DNA of 64,000 bases, from NCBI GenBank assembly GCA_964550035.1, contig CAZJVU010000004.1, positions 7,820 to 71,819 of the forward strand. The letters run 5' to 3'. Source of the DNA: an uncultured Candidatus Saccharibacteria bacterium (GTDB lineage: Bacteria; Patescibacteriota; Saccharimonadia; Saccharimonadales; EFPC-124). A model generated the notes under the pieces. It was not told the DNA's origin and made no database searches. It saw nothing but the letters and a program-made list of their open reading frames with translations. Of this stretch, positions 9,049-17,827 are shown piece after piece. Both the position numbers and the translations under genes were made by a program. How positions within the stretch are numbered: position 1 is the stretch's first letter; the number at the start of each line of letters is the position of its first letter.

Positions 9049-9291
9049 CTATTCGTCGAGAATGCTCGGGCCGAAGAAACCGGCAGCGATACCGACGACG
9101 CCGATGACGATCACCACCCAGCTGACCCACATCAGGACGTCGTGAGCGGTGTTCTCCTCGTTCATCTTGGCGGCGACCATCACGAGGATCACTCCCAAGA
9201 TCACCGCGATGAACCCGCCGACGACGAGCAGCCATGGCGGCGCCGTTTGCAGTAGGCCGGACTTGTCGTCGGCCAAGAGCAAAGTGGTCAT
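9049..9291 (-). CDS. Small 2-TM membrane protein (80 aa), paralog of 8757..9002
   Basis: GAAGGG SD. Two hydrophobic segments. Confidence 0.65.
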   Translation of the reverse strand: MTTLLLADDKSGLLQTAPPWLLVVGGFIAVILGVILVMVAAKMNEENTAHDVLMWVSWVVIVIGVVGIAAGFFGPSILDE

Positions 9292-9327
9292 GAGGCCAAA
9301 CCCTTCTATCCGAAGTTGGACTTGCTA

Positions 9328-9356
9328 ATTCTAGTATCTTTTTACGTGCTTGTCAA
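9328..9356 (-). promoter_or_regulatory. Sigma70-type promoter of the 9291..8757 cassette
   Basis: Minus strand TTGACA-N17-TAGAAT. Confidence 0.55.
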
Positions 9357-9378
9357 AATAAATAAGTTCAGTTTTTCT

Positions 9379-9412
9379 GAATGCTCCGGGCCGGGCAGGG
9401 CCCGGAGCATTC
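9379..9412 (-). terminator. GC hairpin after 9419..9718
   Basis: GAATGCTCCGGGCC/GGCCCGGAGCATTC 14-bp perfect stem. No U tract on the minus strand. Confidence 0.5.
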
Positions 9413-9418
9413 AAGTAG

Positions 9419-9718
9419 TCAGTCGTCGACGAGGGTCAGGTGGAAGCTCTGGAGCTTCGCCCGCGCGATGCCCAATGTCGCCGCGTTGTTTGGCGACATC
9501 ACGTTGAGCCTGACCACAGCTGCGACTTCGTAGGGCTTCATGCTGCCCTCGCCGTCGCCCCGCGTCATCGAACGGCCTTCGTCGTCGATGGAGACGACCT
9601 CGAGGTTGCGGTCCTCGAGGAACCGCTTGAAGACTGCCGGCGCGGTCGTTCGCCCCGTGGCCTTCACCGTGTGCTTCACCTTGATCGGCGGCGACTCGAT
9701 CAGTCGTTCTTCGGACAT
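9419..9718 (-). CDS. Hypothetical protein (99 aa), GC-rich island
   Basis: GAGGAAG SD. Soluble. No motif recognised. Confidence 0.55.
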   Translation of the reverse strand: MSEERLIESPPIKVKHTVKATGRTTAPAVFKRFLEDRNLEVVSIDDEGRSMTRGDGEGSMKPYEVAAVVRLNVMSPNNAATLGIARAKLQSFHLTLVDD

Positions 9719-9741
9719 GAAGCGCTCACTTCCTCGCGGTC

Positions 9742-10020
9742 TCAGACGACTCCGTGGGCGATGCGCATGACCAGGAGGATCGCGCAGATGCCCGCGGCGA
9801 TCGCGCTGATCGCTCGCGCGACCGCGGGAACCCGCTTGTTGCAGAGCACCAAGACGCCAACGATGACGACGACGCCGTCGGCCAGCGTGGCGAAGTGGTT
9901 GTCGGCTTCGTCGCTCGACAGAATCGAAGCGACCCGAATCCCTGCCTGTGTGAGTAGCAAGATGACTCCTTCTCCGTAGGGAAACAACTCATCTGGGAAT
10001 ATAGGGGATAGTGGGCTCAT
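9742..10020 (-). CDS. Small membrane protein, 2 predicted TM; start uncertain (ATG 10020, or TTG 9960 behind a GAAGGAG SD)
   Basis: Hydrophobic segments GVVVIVGVLVLC and AISAIAAGICAILLVM. Confidence 0.5.
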   Translation of the reverse strand: MSPLSPIFPDELFPYGEGVILLLTQAGIRVASILSSDEADNHFATLADGVVVIVGVLVLCNKRVPAVARAISAIAAGICAILLVMRIAHGVV

Positions 10021-10096
10021 TGTCAATAACACTATATTGACTTTTACGCACGAAGATGCTAATGTTAATTCATAACACCAATCAAAACAAAAAGTT

Positions 10097-10330
10097 ATGA
10101 CAAAAAATCAAATCATCGAAACCATCGCTAATCTCGGCCGCAAGCCCGTTGCCTTTGAGCCGATCCCAGTCGAAAACGACAACGACGAGCTCACTCGTGC
10201 TATCAACGACCCGATCTATCACGACAATCAGTGGGACCTCCACGAAGCCGTCGACGGCGAAGCACTCGAAAAGTTCTGGGACGACGCCACCAAGGAACTC
10301 CAACCAGAGGCCGACTCCTTTACAGAATAA
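10097..10330 (+). CDS. Hypothetical acidic protein (77 aa)
   Basis: ORF upstream of rplU. No motif recognised. Confidence 0.45.
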   Translation: MTKNQIIETIANLGRKPVAFEPIPVENDNDELTRAINDPIYHDNQWDLHEAVDGEALEKFWDDATKELQPEADSFTE

Positions 10331-10377
10331 GCCCAATCTGTTACGATTATTTGGATATTTAATAGAGAATTTCAGAA

Positions 10378-10683
10378 ATGAAAGCAGTCATTCAAGTTGG
10401 TGGCAAGCAATACCTTGTCACCGAGAAAGAGACCCTCTTGGTGGACCGCCTCCAAGATGGCACAAAAGAGCTCTCGCTTGAACCACTGATGGTCATTGAT
10501 GGCGACAAGACTCAGGTCGGCACTCCAGCCGTATCTGGTGTCACCGTCAAGGCTACGGTAGATGAGCCAGAGGTAAAAGGTGACAAGATCAAGGTTGTCC
10601 GTTTCGAATCAAAGAAGCGCGTCAAGAAGGTCAATGGTCACCGCCAGCAGTACAGCCGTATTACAGTCAGCACGATTGGCTAA
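10378..10683 (+). CDS. rplU: 50S ribosomal protein L21
   Basis: MKAVIQVGGKQYLV... is a canonical L21 N-terminus. 101 aa. Confidence 0.9.
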   Translation: MKAVIQVGGKQYLVTEKETLLVDRLQDGTKELSLEPLMVIDGDKTQVGTPAVSGVTVKATVDEPEVKGDKIKVVRFESKKRVKKVNGHRQQYSRITVSTIG

Positions 10684-10701
10684 TCGACAGCCGTACTTTA
10701 G

Positions 10702-10735
10702 GAAGGAGCTCCCGCAAAGGAGCTTCTTTTGTTTT
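10702..10735 (+). terminator. Intrinsic terminator after rplU
   Basis: Hairpin around GGAGCTCC..GGAGCTTC followed by TTTTGTTTT. Confidence 0.65.
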
Positions 10736-10796
10736 CACGCACGAGGCACGATCTGATACAATGAGTGGGACAAAGAGAGGGAAGACTAAAACAATC

Positions 10797-11558
10797 ATGG
10801 CTGTTACGATAGCTGTCACAAACCAAAAGGGCGGCGTAGGCAAGACTACGACTGCAGTGAACATGGCTTACTATCTGTCAAAGATGGGCAGGTCGGTTCT
10901 TCTCGTAGACTTTGACCCGCAGGGGAATGCGACAAGTGGCCTTGGTATCGATAAATATGGTGTTGACTTGACGGTCATCGACCTCGTGCAGGAGAAAGCC
11001 AAGCTCGAGGATTGTATCGTCCACACCAAGCACAAGAAACTCGACTGCGTCGTCGCCACGCCGCAGCTGGCCAATGCAGAGGCCGAGCTAGCCAAAGCGC
11101 AGCACAGATTTACCCGTCTTAAGAATGCATTAGCTACTGCATCGTACGATTACATCCTGATCGATTGCCCGCCGTCATTAAGTCTGCTGACTGTGAATGG
11201 TTTGATCGCTGCGCAGTACGTGCTCTTGCCGGTCCAGGCGGAGTTCTATGCGCTGGAAGGGCTGGGACAACTACTCGAGACGATGCAGCTGGTCCGCAAA
11301 GGTCTCAATCCAACGCTCGAGCTGCTTGGTGTTGTCCTAACTATGGTTGATGCTCGCACGACGCTGTCCGGCCAGGTGCACGAAGAAGTGAAGAAGCATT
11401 TCCCAGGCAAAGTATTTACCACTGTAATTCCTCGCAACATTCGGCTTGCCGAGGCGCCAAGTCATGGTTTGCCGGTTGGTGCTTATGACCGCTGGTCTAA
11501 GGGTGCCCGTGCATACAAGGTTCTGGCCAAGGAGGTAACCCAACGTGTCGAAAGCTAA
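10797..11558 (+). CDS. parA: Chromosome partitioning ATPase ParA/Soj
   Basis: Deviant Walker A NQKGGVGKTT. Start taken at MAVTIAVTNQKGG, downstream of a TGATACAAT extended -10. Confidence 0.85.
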   Translation: MAVTIAVTNQKGGVGKTTTAVNMAYYLSKMGRSVLLVDFDPQGNATSGLGIDKYGVDLTVIDLVQEKAKLEDCIVHTKHKKLDCVVATPQLANAEAELAKAQHRFTRLKNALATASYDYILIDCPPSLSLLTVNGLIAAQYVLLPVQAEFYALEGLGQLLETMQLVRKGLNPTLELLGVVLTMVDARTTLSGQVHEEVKKHFPGKVFTTVIPRNIRLAEAPSHGLPVGAYDRWSKGARAYKVLAKEVTQRVES

Positions 11559-12435
11559 CTCCCCGAAGCGTGGCCTCGGCCGCGGATTCGATACACTTAT
11601 CCCAACGCAACTTCTGGATGAAGAATTTGACCCAACAGCGCAGCAGGACGAGCAGGTTTCGCAGCTTCGTCAGTTGAAAGTCAGCGATATCGAGGCAGAT
11701 GCCGACCAGCCGCGCCGACATTTTGATGAAGATGCGCTGAACGAGCTCGCGGCATCGCTAAAAGAGCACGGCGTGTTGCAGCCGATTGTGGTGATAGCGA
11801 AGGGGAATAAGTTTGAGATTGTGGCTGGTGAACGGCGCTGGCGTGCGGCGCAGATTGCGGGGCTCGATAAGATCCCAACGATTGTCCGAACGCTCACCAA
11901 TCAGCACCGCCTGGAGATTGCGCTGATCGAGAACCTCCAGCGTGAAGATCTCAACCCGCTCGAGACCGCCACGGCATACTACAAGCTCCAGCAGCAATTC
12001 AACCTAACGTTGGACGATATCGGCAAGCGCGTGGGCGGTAAGGCAGTGAGCACTATTAGCAACATTTTACGGTTGCTTGGATTGCCGAAAGAGGCAAAAG
12101 AAGCGCTTGTAGAAGGCAAGATCAGTGAAGGCCACGCTCGCCAGATTCTGGCTATCCACGAAGAAGATATTCAGAAGGAACTGCTCGAGCTGATCATCAA
12201 GAACGATTGGTCAGTCCGCAAAGCCGAGCAATACGTCGTGGGTTACAAAGAAGGCAAGAAGGATAAAGAAACCGCTGTCGCCAAGGTAAAGACCGAGACG
12301 ACCGAGACAAAGGCGTTGAGCAAGCGTCTTGGGGCCGATGTGAGCGTCAAGAACATGGCCAAGGGCGGGCGACTGGTGATTCAGTTTAAGAACCAAGAGG
12401 ATTTTGAGCGTATTACGGGCATGCTGCTCGGTTAG
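11545..12435 (+). CDS. parB: Chromosome partitioning protein ParB/Spo0J
   Basis: GERRWRAA ParB box. Overlaps the end of parA. Confidence 0.85.
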   Translation: MSKANSPKRGLGRGFDTLIPTQLLDEEFDPTAQQDEQVSQLRQLKVSDIEADADQPRRHFDEDALNELAASLKEHGVLQPIVVIAKGNKFEIVAGERRWRAAQIAGLDKIPTIVRTLTNQHRLEIALIENLQREDLNPLETATAYYKLQQQFNLTLDDIGKRVGGKAVSTISNILRLLGLPKEAKEALVEGKISEGHARQILAIHEEDIQKELLELIIKNDWSVRKAEQYVVGYKEGKKDKETAVAKVKTETTETKALSKRLGADVSVKNMAKGGRLVIQFKNQEDFERITGMLLG

Positions 12436-12450
12436 CGAGCAAGTTCCTTA

Positions 12451-12558
12451 GCGGAAGATTAGCTCGTTGTAGGCCAGAAACATCCCCTTTCCGGGGCGAA
12501 CGGAGCGAGCTGTTTGCGAGCGAAGAGTTTTCTGGACACAACGAGCTAATCTTAGCGC
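12451..12558. repeat. Long rod-like hairpin X1 between convergent parB and lepB
   Basis: 16-bp outer stem AAGATTAGCTCGTTGT/ACAACGAGCTAATCTT. Inner stem CCAGAAA/TTTCTGG. The core GCGAGCTGTTTGCGAGCGAA is shared with 19450-19558. Confidence 0.6.
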
Positions 12559-12563
12559 GTCCC

Positions 12564-13163
12564 CTAGAACATCCGTAGTTGATTGAGCGGCCACAACCGC
12601 GCCACAACCACGCCCTGTACCTCACGCGTCGGGACAGTGCTCATGCCATTACGCGAATCGAGCGAGTTCTTGCCGAGGCGATTATCGCCGGCCACAAAGA
12701 GTTCATCATCGGAAACAACGCGGTCAACATTGCCGCTGGTGGGGCTTTGCGGACCAACGATAGTTTCATCAGGGTTGATTCCATTCGACGAGCTATCCGT
12801 ATAGACCGTGATACGTCCGTCGCGAACTACCACGTGGTCGCCCGGGAGGCCAACCACACGCTTGACGATAAACATGTCTGGGTCGCCTTGGTTGTAGAAC
12901 GGGTTGGTAAATACAACAAGATCGCCACGCTTTGGGGTGAAGCTTTTGCCGCCGACACCTGCTAGCGTTTTGCCAAGTTTGTTTGTGAGGAGCACATCGC
13001 CAGAGTGGAGTGTCGGCTCCATACTAATGCCATGCACAACATAGCTTCGTACGACGAAAGAGGCGAGTAGTATGGCTACGACTATCGCACCCACTGTCCA
13101 CAGCCCGGATGACACCCAGCTTCGTGCCCGAGGGGAGAGTTTGGCGGTGAGCTTGCTCCACAT
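12564..13163 (-). CDS. lepB: Signal peptidase I
   Basis: N-terminal TM, then SMEPTL (Ser box), KRVVGLPGD (Lys box) and GDNR..S.DSR. Confidence 0.85.
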   Translation of the reverse strand: MWSKLTAKLSPRARSWVSSGLWTVGAIVVAILLASFVVRSYVVHGISMEPTLHSGDVLLTNKLGKTLAGVGGKSFTPKRGDLVVFTNPFYNQGDPDMFIVKRVVGLPGDHVVVRDGRITVYTDSSSNGINPDETIVGPQSPTSGNVDRVVSDDELFVAGDNRLGKNSLDSRNGMSTVPTREVQGVVVARLWPLNQLRMF

Positions 13164-13166
13164 AGT

Positions 13167-13883
13167 CTAGAAAAATTTCGTTTGGTTCAGCGGGAAGATA
13201 CGAGCCAGGAGGCGGCCTTGGATTTTATCGCTTTCGATTGCGCCGAACGACCGAGAATCGAACGAACCGCCAGGCCCGCGGTTGTCGCCCATTACAAACA
13301 CTTGATCGTCGCCGACTGTAACACTGAGCGGTGGCGAGTCAACGAATGTTGGGTCAAGGTGCAGTCCGAGTGCGTCGTTGACGTTGAAGCCGGTGGGGTG
13401 CTCTTTGTTTGTGATGGTCACGACGCCGTTTTCGATAGCAATCTTGTCACCGGGTAGGCCGATAACGCGCTTGATGAGCTGTTCGCTCCTGCCGGTTTGA
13501 TCGACGAGCGAGCTGTCGAGGACGACAATTTGACCGCGTTGAGGAATGTAGTGCTTGCCTTGTATAAGTGCGGCTGTTCGTTCGACCTTATCGATGATGA
13601 GTCGGTCGTTATTGTGGAGCGTCGGGGTCATGCTCGTACCATCCACATAATAAGACTGAAAAACAAACTGGTTAATAAGCGTGGCCGCTATAACAATACC
13701 CATCACAAATGCGGCAACCGAAGCGAAAGCCTTTATGCCGGTAAGCCGTGGCCGCTTCGTGGGCTTTTCTGCCGGTACGGCAAGTGGCTGTGCGTGCGGA
13801 GGCTGACTCTCGGACATGTCGGTGCGGGGCTGCCCGGAGACTTCTTCCGGCTGCTTCGGGGTCGGGGATTGTTCCATAGGCAC
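13167..13883 (-). CDS. lepB: Signal peptidase I, second tandem paralog
   Basis: SMTPTL, KRVIGLPGD, GDNRGPGGSFDSR. Confidence 0.85.
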   Translation of the reverse strand: MPMEQSPTPKQPEEVSGQPRTDMSESQPPHAQPLAVPAEKPTKRPRLTGIKAFASVAAFVMGIVIAATLINQFVFQSYYVDGTSMTPTLHNNDRLIIDKVERTAALIQGKHYIPQRGQIVVLDSSLVDQTGRSEQLIKRVIGLPGDKIAIENGVVTITNKEHPTGFNVNDALGLHLDPTFVDSPPLSVTVGDDQVFVMGDNRGPGGSFDSRSFGAIESDKIQGRLLARIFPLNQTKFF

Positions 13884-13976
13884 TATAATAGCATGTTACT
13901 CTGCAGTGAGTGCGTGCCTGTAGTGCTTATGATTTCTCAGTATTATCTCAGTTTGTATCTTTACCATACTCCCGTT

Positions 13977-15785
13977 ATGCACGAAAAATCTGGTATACTA
14001 CCTCTGTCACTCCGCGGGTTTACGCATACGCTTAAACACGATATAGTGGGTAGCATTGCATCGCTTATGAGAAATTCATCACCCAGGAACACTGATGGCA
14101 TGTTTGTGCGCCGGCGAAGTTCGGAACCAGCACAGACCGGACGCCGACCGAGCATCGATGGTATGCACGTGCCGGCGCGTTTTTTGAATGACGCTCAGGC
14201 TCCGAAGGCTCACGCCAAAAATATGCCGCCGACACTTCACACGCGCCAGGCTGGCGATAAGGTTGCGGATCAAATCCAGTACAACAAAAAGGCCCTCGAA
14301 AAACCTGCAGCTGCTGGCCTCGATGCGCGCAAGCCAATCGACATCGATCTTACACTCGACGACGAAAAGGGTAAGGACGGTGGCAAAGACGGCAAAAAGA
14401 AGCGTGGTTTCCGATTCCGAAAGCCAAGCAAGAAGACCGTCAAGCGAATCATTATTGTACTTATTATCCTGTTAGTTATTGGCGGTGGATTTCTGGCCTA
14501 CCGAATACTGGTGGCATCGAGCCACATCTTCAAGGGAAATGTCCTGACCGCGGCCTTCAGCAGCGAGAAGCCGCTTAAGACCGACCAATACGGACGCACC
14601 AACTTGCTCGTCTTCGGTACGTCCGAGAGTGACCCAGGCCATCCAGCAGCACAGCTGACCGACTCGATTATGATCGTCAGTATCGACCAGAAGGCCAAGA
14701 GCGCTTTCCTGGTAAGCGTACCTCGCGACCTCTGGGTCAAATATGACAACCCTTGCACCTTTGGCTACCAGGGCAAGATTAATACTGTGTACGAGTGTGC
14801 AAGCGACGACGGTAAGAACGAAGAAGCCGGCCAGCAAGCGCTTTCAAGCAAGGTGAATGAAGTCTTCGGTGTCGACTTCCAGTACACCGTGCACCTGAAC
14901 CTCGCTGTCGTAAAGGAAGCAACTGATGCGCTTGGTGGTATCGACATCAATATCGAGAGCCCAGACCCACGAGGCATCCTGGACCGTAACTTCGACTGGC
15001 GCTGTAACTACACATGCTACCTTGTGAAGTATCCAAATGGTCCCGCACACCTGGATGGTGAACACGCCATGTGGTTGGCGCAGGCTCGCAACGATTCTGG
15101 CGGCTACGGTCTGCCGCGCAGCAACTTCGACCGCGAAGCCAACCAGCGCAAGATCGTGATCGGCATGAAGGACAAGGCTACGAGCGCAGGCTTCCTCGCG
15201 AACCCAGTCTCGGTGACGAACTTCATCGAGTCCCTTGGTAATAACATTCACACGAGCATCGACGCATCCGAGATCAAGACGTTCATCAAGGTTGCGAAGG
15301 ATATCGACTCCAAGAACATTCAGTCCATCAGTATCATCGACCAGAATCCGGCCATCCTGACCACCGGCGCCGGCCCAGATGGCTCATCCGTTGTGAAGTC
15401 AGTCGATGGTCTCTACACGTACACGAGTATTCAGAAGTTCATGAAGCTTCAACTATCGGGCCTCGGCGCGATCAAGAACGAAGCAGCCAAGGTCGACGTC
15501 CTGAACGGGAGCGGCGTACAGGGTGCGGCAGTTGAGCTTGCCAACAAGCTCGAGGACGACGCTATGACTATCGGTAACGTTGCGACCGCACCAACCACAT
15601 CAGGCAAGTACAAGCTCTATGACTTGAGTGGCGGCAAGAAGCCAGCCACACTGAAGAAGCTGCAAGAAGAACTCGGCCTGAAGTCGCCAACCAGCACAAC
15701 CTTGCCATCTGGCGTCACAAGCGACGCAGCATTCGTGGTCATCGTCGGGAGCGACGCGGCCGGTAGCTCATCGAACTCGAACTAG
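13977..15785 (+). CDS. LytR-CpsA-Psr (LCP) family protein with a long basic N-terminal region; start uncertain (ATG 13977 or 14067)
   Basis: TM anchor followed by TNLLVFGTSESD...DSIMIVSID...SVPRDLWV, an LCP-like core. Confidence 0.7.
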   Translation: MHEKSGILPLSLRGFTHTLKHDIVGSIASLMRNSSPRNTDGMFVRRRSSEPAQTGRRPSIDGMHVPARFLNDAQAPKAHAKNMPPTLHTRQAGDKVADQIQYNKKALEKPAAAGLDARKPIDIDLTLDDEKGKDGGKDGKKKRGFRFRKPSKKTVKRIIIVLIILLVIGGGFLAYRILVASSHIFKGNVLTAAFSSEKPLKTDQYGRTNLLVFGTSESDPGHPAAQLTDSIMIVSIDQKAKSAFLVSVPRDLWVKYDNPCTFGYQGKINTVYECASDDGKNEEAGQQALSSKVNEVFGVDFQYTVHLNLAVVKEATDALGGIDINIESPDPRGILDRNFDWRCNYTCYLVKYPNGPAHLDGEHAMWLAQARNDSGGYGLPRSNFDREANQRKIVIGMKDKATSAGFLANPVSVTNFIESLGNNIHTSIDASEIKTFIKVAKDIDSKNIQSISIIDQNPAILTTGAGPDGSSVVKSVDGLYTYTSIQKFMKLQLSGLGAIKNEAAKVDVLNGSGVQGAAVELANKLEDDAMTIGNVATAPTTSGKYKLYDLSGGKKPATLKKLQEELGLKSPTSTTLPSGVTSDAAFVVIVGSDAAGSSSNSN

Positions 15786-15814
15786 CGCGTTAACTTTGCT
15801 ATAATAAATCCATT

Positions 15815-16579
15815 ATGGAGTTACTCAAGACAGGCATTCGCCGTACAAAAGTGGGCGAGCTAGCCTATATTGGTATCAACGCAGCACTGCCGATCGTGCT
15901 CTTGCTGCTCGTGCTGGACTTTAGCTCTGCTTGGCCGGCGCTTGCGCTTGTGCTGCTCAGCAAATGGCGCGTCTTTGCGCTACGTCCACGATTCTGGTGG
16001 GTGAACATTAAGGCCAACTTCGTCGACTTCTTGGTTGGCGTCAGCTATGTAGGGCTTTTGTACTTTTGCTCCGGCAATCTACCGATTATGCTGCTCCTGG
16101 CGATTGGCTATGGCGTCTGGTTGCTCTATGTAAAGCCTCGTTCTGACCACGCATCGATTATGCTCCAGGCCGGCATCGCACAATTCCTCGCACTGACGGT
16201 GTTGTTCAACCTGTCGACAACAGTTAACGAGTTCTTTGTCATCCTCGGCTGTTTCATTATTGGGTATATCGCCGCACGGCACGTGGTTGCTAACTACGAG
16301 GAAGATCGCGCTAGCCTTATCAGCTACGTGTGGGGCTTAGTCATTTCTCAGCTTGGCTGGTTACTCTATCGGTGGACTATAACGTACGATGTACGATTGC
16401 CGTTTAAGATTCCGCAGATCGCGCTTCTCAGCCTCGTTATTGCGATGGCAGCTGCACGGCTGTATGCTGCCGCAAAGGCACGCCGCCTTAGCATGAGCCT
16501 TGTGCGCTCGACGGCGATTTTTAGCGCAATCCTCATCGCGTTCATTCTCATTTTCGCCCGCTGGGACGTCACGATCTAG
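15815..16579 (+). CDS. Polytopic membrane protein of unknown function (254 aa)
   Basis: At least six hydrophobic segments. No motif recognised. Confidence 0.6.
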   Translation: MELLKTGIRRTKVGELAYIGINAALPIVLLLLVLDFSSAWPALALVLLSKWRVFALRPRFWWVNIKANFVDFLVGVSYVGLLYFCSGNLPIMLLLAIGYGVWLLYVKPRSDHASIMLQAGIAQFLALTVLFNLSTTVNEFFVILGCFIIGYIAARHVVANYEEDRASLISYVWGLVISQLGWLLYRWTITYDVRLPFKIPQIALLSLVIAMAAARLYAAAKARRLSMSLVRSTAIFSAILIAFILIFARWDVTI

Positions 16580-16609
16580 TCCGTACATAAGTTTATAAGA
16601 GGGAAGGGT

Positions 16610-17827
16610 ATGGAAGAGCCAGTTCAGAAGAACGCGGATGCAGTTGAAGTAAAGCAGCCAGAAGCAACAGGGAGTAACACGCCTAAGCCCAAGCGTCGAT
16701 TGCCACGGCAGCTTGGTATTCTCGGGACAGTGGCGCTGTGTATCGTGAGTAGTGCGGCCACGGCGTGGATTCTTTTGGGCACAGGAATCATTCGGCCAGA
16801 TGCTTCGCAGACTATCACGCAAAACCGTGACAAGATTGTGCTTCAACAGGGCGAAATCGTTGCTGATGTCTTCAAGAAAGTCAGTCCTAGTACGGTGGCC
16901 ATCACCACCGAGTCACAATCCAGCTCGCGCCGTACGCTTGGTGCCACCGCAGTCGAACAGGGTGCGGGAAGCGGCATGATCATTTCGAGCGATGGCTACG
17001 TCATGACCAACAAGCATGTCATCCCGAGCGGCACGTCCAAGCTCACTGTTGTGCTGGCCGATGGCACAACATACGACGATGTGAGCGTTGTGGGGCGCGA
17101 TCCACTGAATGACATCGCCTTCCTCAAGATCAACAACGTCAACAATCTGCCCGCAGTCGAACTGGGCGATTCCAACACCGTCCAGACGGGACAGCAGGTC
17201 GTGGCCATCGGCAACGCGCTGGGCGAGTTCCGCAATAGTGTGACATCGGGGATTATATCTGGCAAAGGACGCCCCATCCAGGCCGAGGACGGCAGCGGTA
17301 CGGGAAGCAGCGAGCAACTAGAGAACCTGCTTCAGACCGACGCCGCGATCAACCCCGGTAATTCCGGCGGCCCGCTCGTAACGCTCGATGGCAAAGTTGT
17401 CGGCATCAATACGGCTGTTTCTGAGGAGGGCCAGGCGATTGGTTTCGCTATCCCGATCAACGACGCAAAGGGACTGCTCAACGCTGTTCTAAAGCAAGGC
17501 AAGATCGTTCGCCCATACCTCGGCGTCCGCTATATCAGCCTTGATAAGGCGACCGCCGAGCAGCTCAAGCTCAGCGTGTCTCAGGGCGCGTACGTTATGG
17601 CAGACAACAATGGCGAAGCGGTTGTCCCCGGCAGCCCTGCCGACAAGGCAGGTCTCAAGGCTGGCGATGTCATCACAAAGATAAACGGCACTGACATCAC
17701 CGAATCGCATTCGCTTGCAAGCAGCTTGGGGCAGTTCACGCCGGGAGACAAGGTGACACTTAGCGTTGTGCGTAGTGGCAAAACCCAAGACGTGACCGTG
17801 ACACTCGAACCGTATCCGAGCAGCTAG
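16610..17827 (+). CDS. htrA: HtrA/DegP-family serine protease with a PDZ domain
   Basis: TNKHV (His), DIAFLK (Asp), GNSGGPL (Ser). C-terminal PDZ-like GSPADKAGLKAGDVI. Confidence 0.85.
   Translation: MEEPVQKNADAVEVKQPEATGSNTPKPKRRLPRQLGILGTVALCIVSSAATAWILLGTGIIRPDASQTITQNRDKIVLQQGEIVADVFKKVSPSTVAITTESQSSSRRTLGATAVEQGAGSGMIISSDGYVMTNKHVIPSGTSKLTVVLADGTTYDDVSVVGRDPLNDIAFLKINNVNNLPAVELGDSNTVQTGQQVVAIGNALGEFRNSVTSGIISGKGRPIQAEDGSGTGSSEQLENLLQTDAAINPGNSGGPLVTLDGKVVGINTAVSEEGQAIGFAIPINDAKGLLNAVLKQGKIVRPYLGVRYISLDKATAEQLKLSVSQGAYVMADNNGEAVVPGSPADKAGLKAGDVITKINGTDITESHSLASSLGQFTPGDKVTLSVVRSGKTQDVTVTLEPYPSS

Noticed and set aside
13497-13976. A 5' extension of the LCP ORF would give 762 aa in the track.
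   Set aside because: The extension is antisense to the second lepB gene and translates to non-protein-like sequence. LCP-like sequence with a TM anchor begins only after ATG 13977 or 14067.
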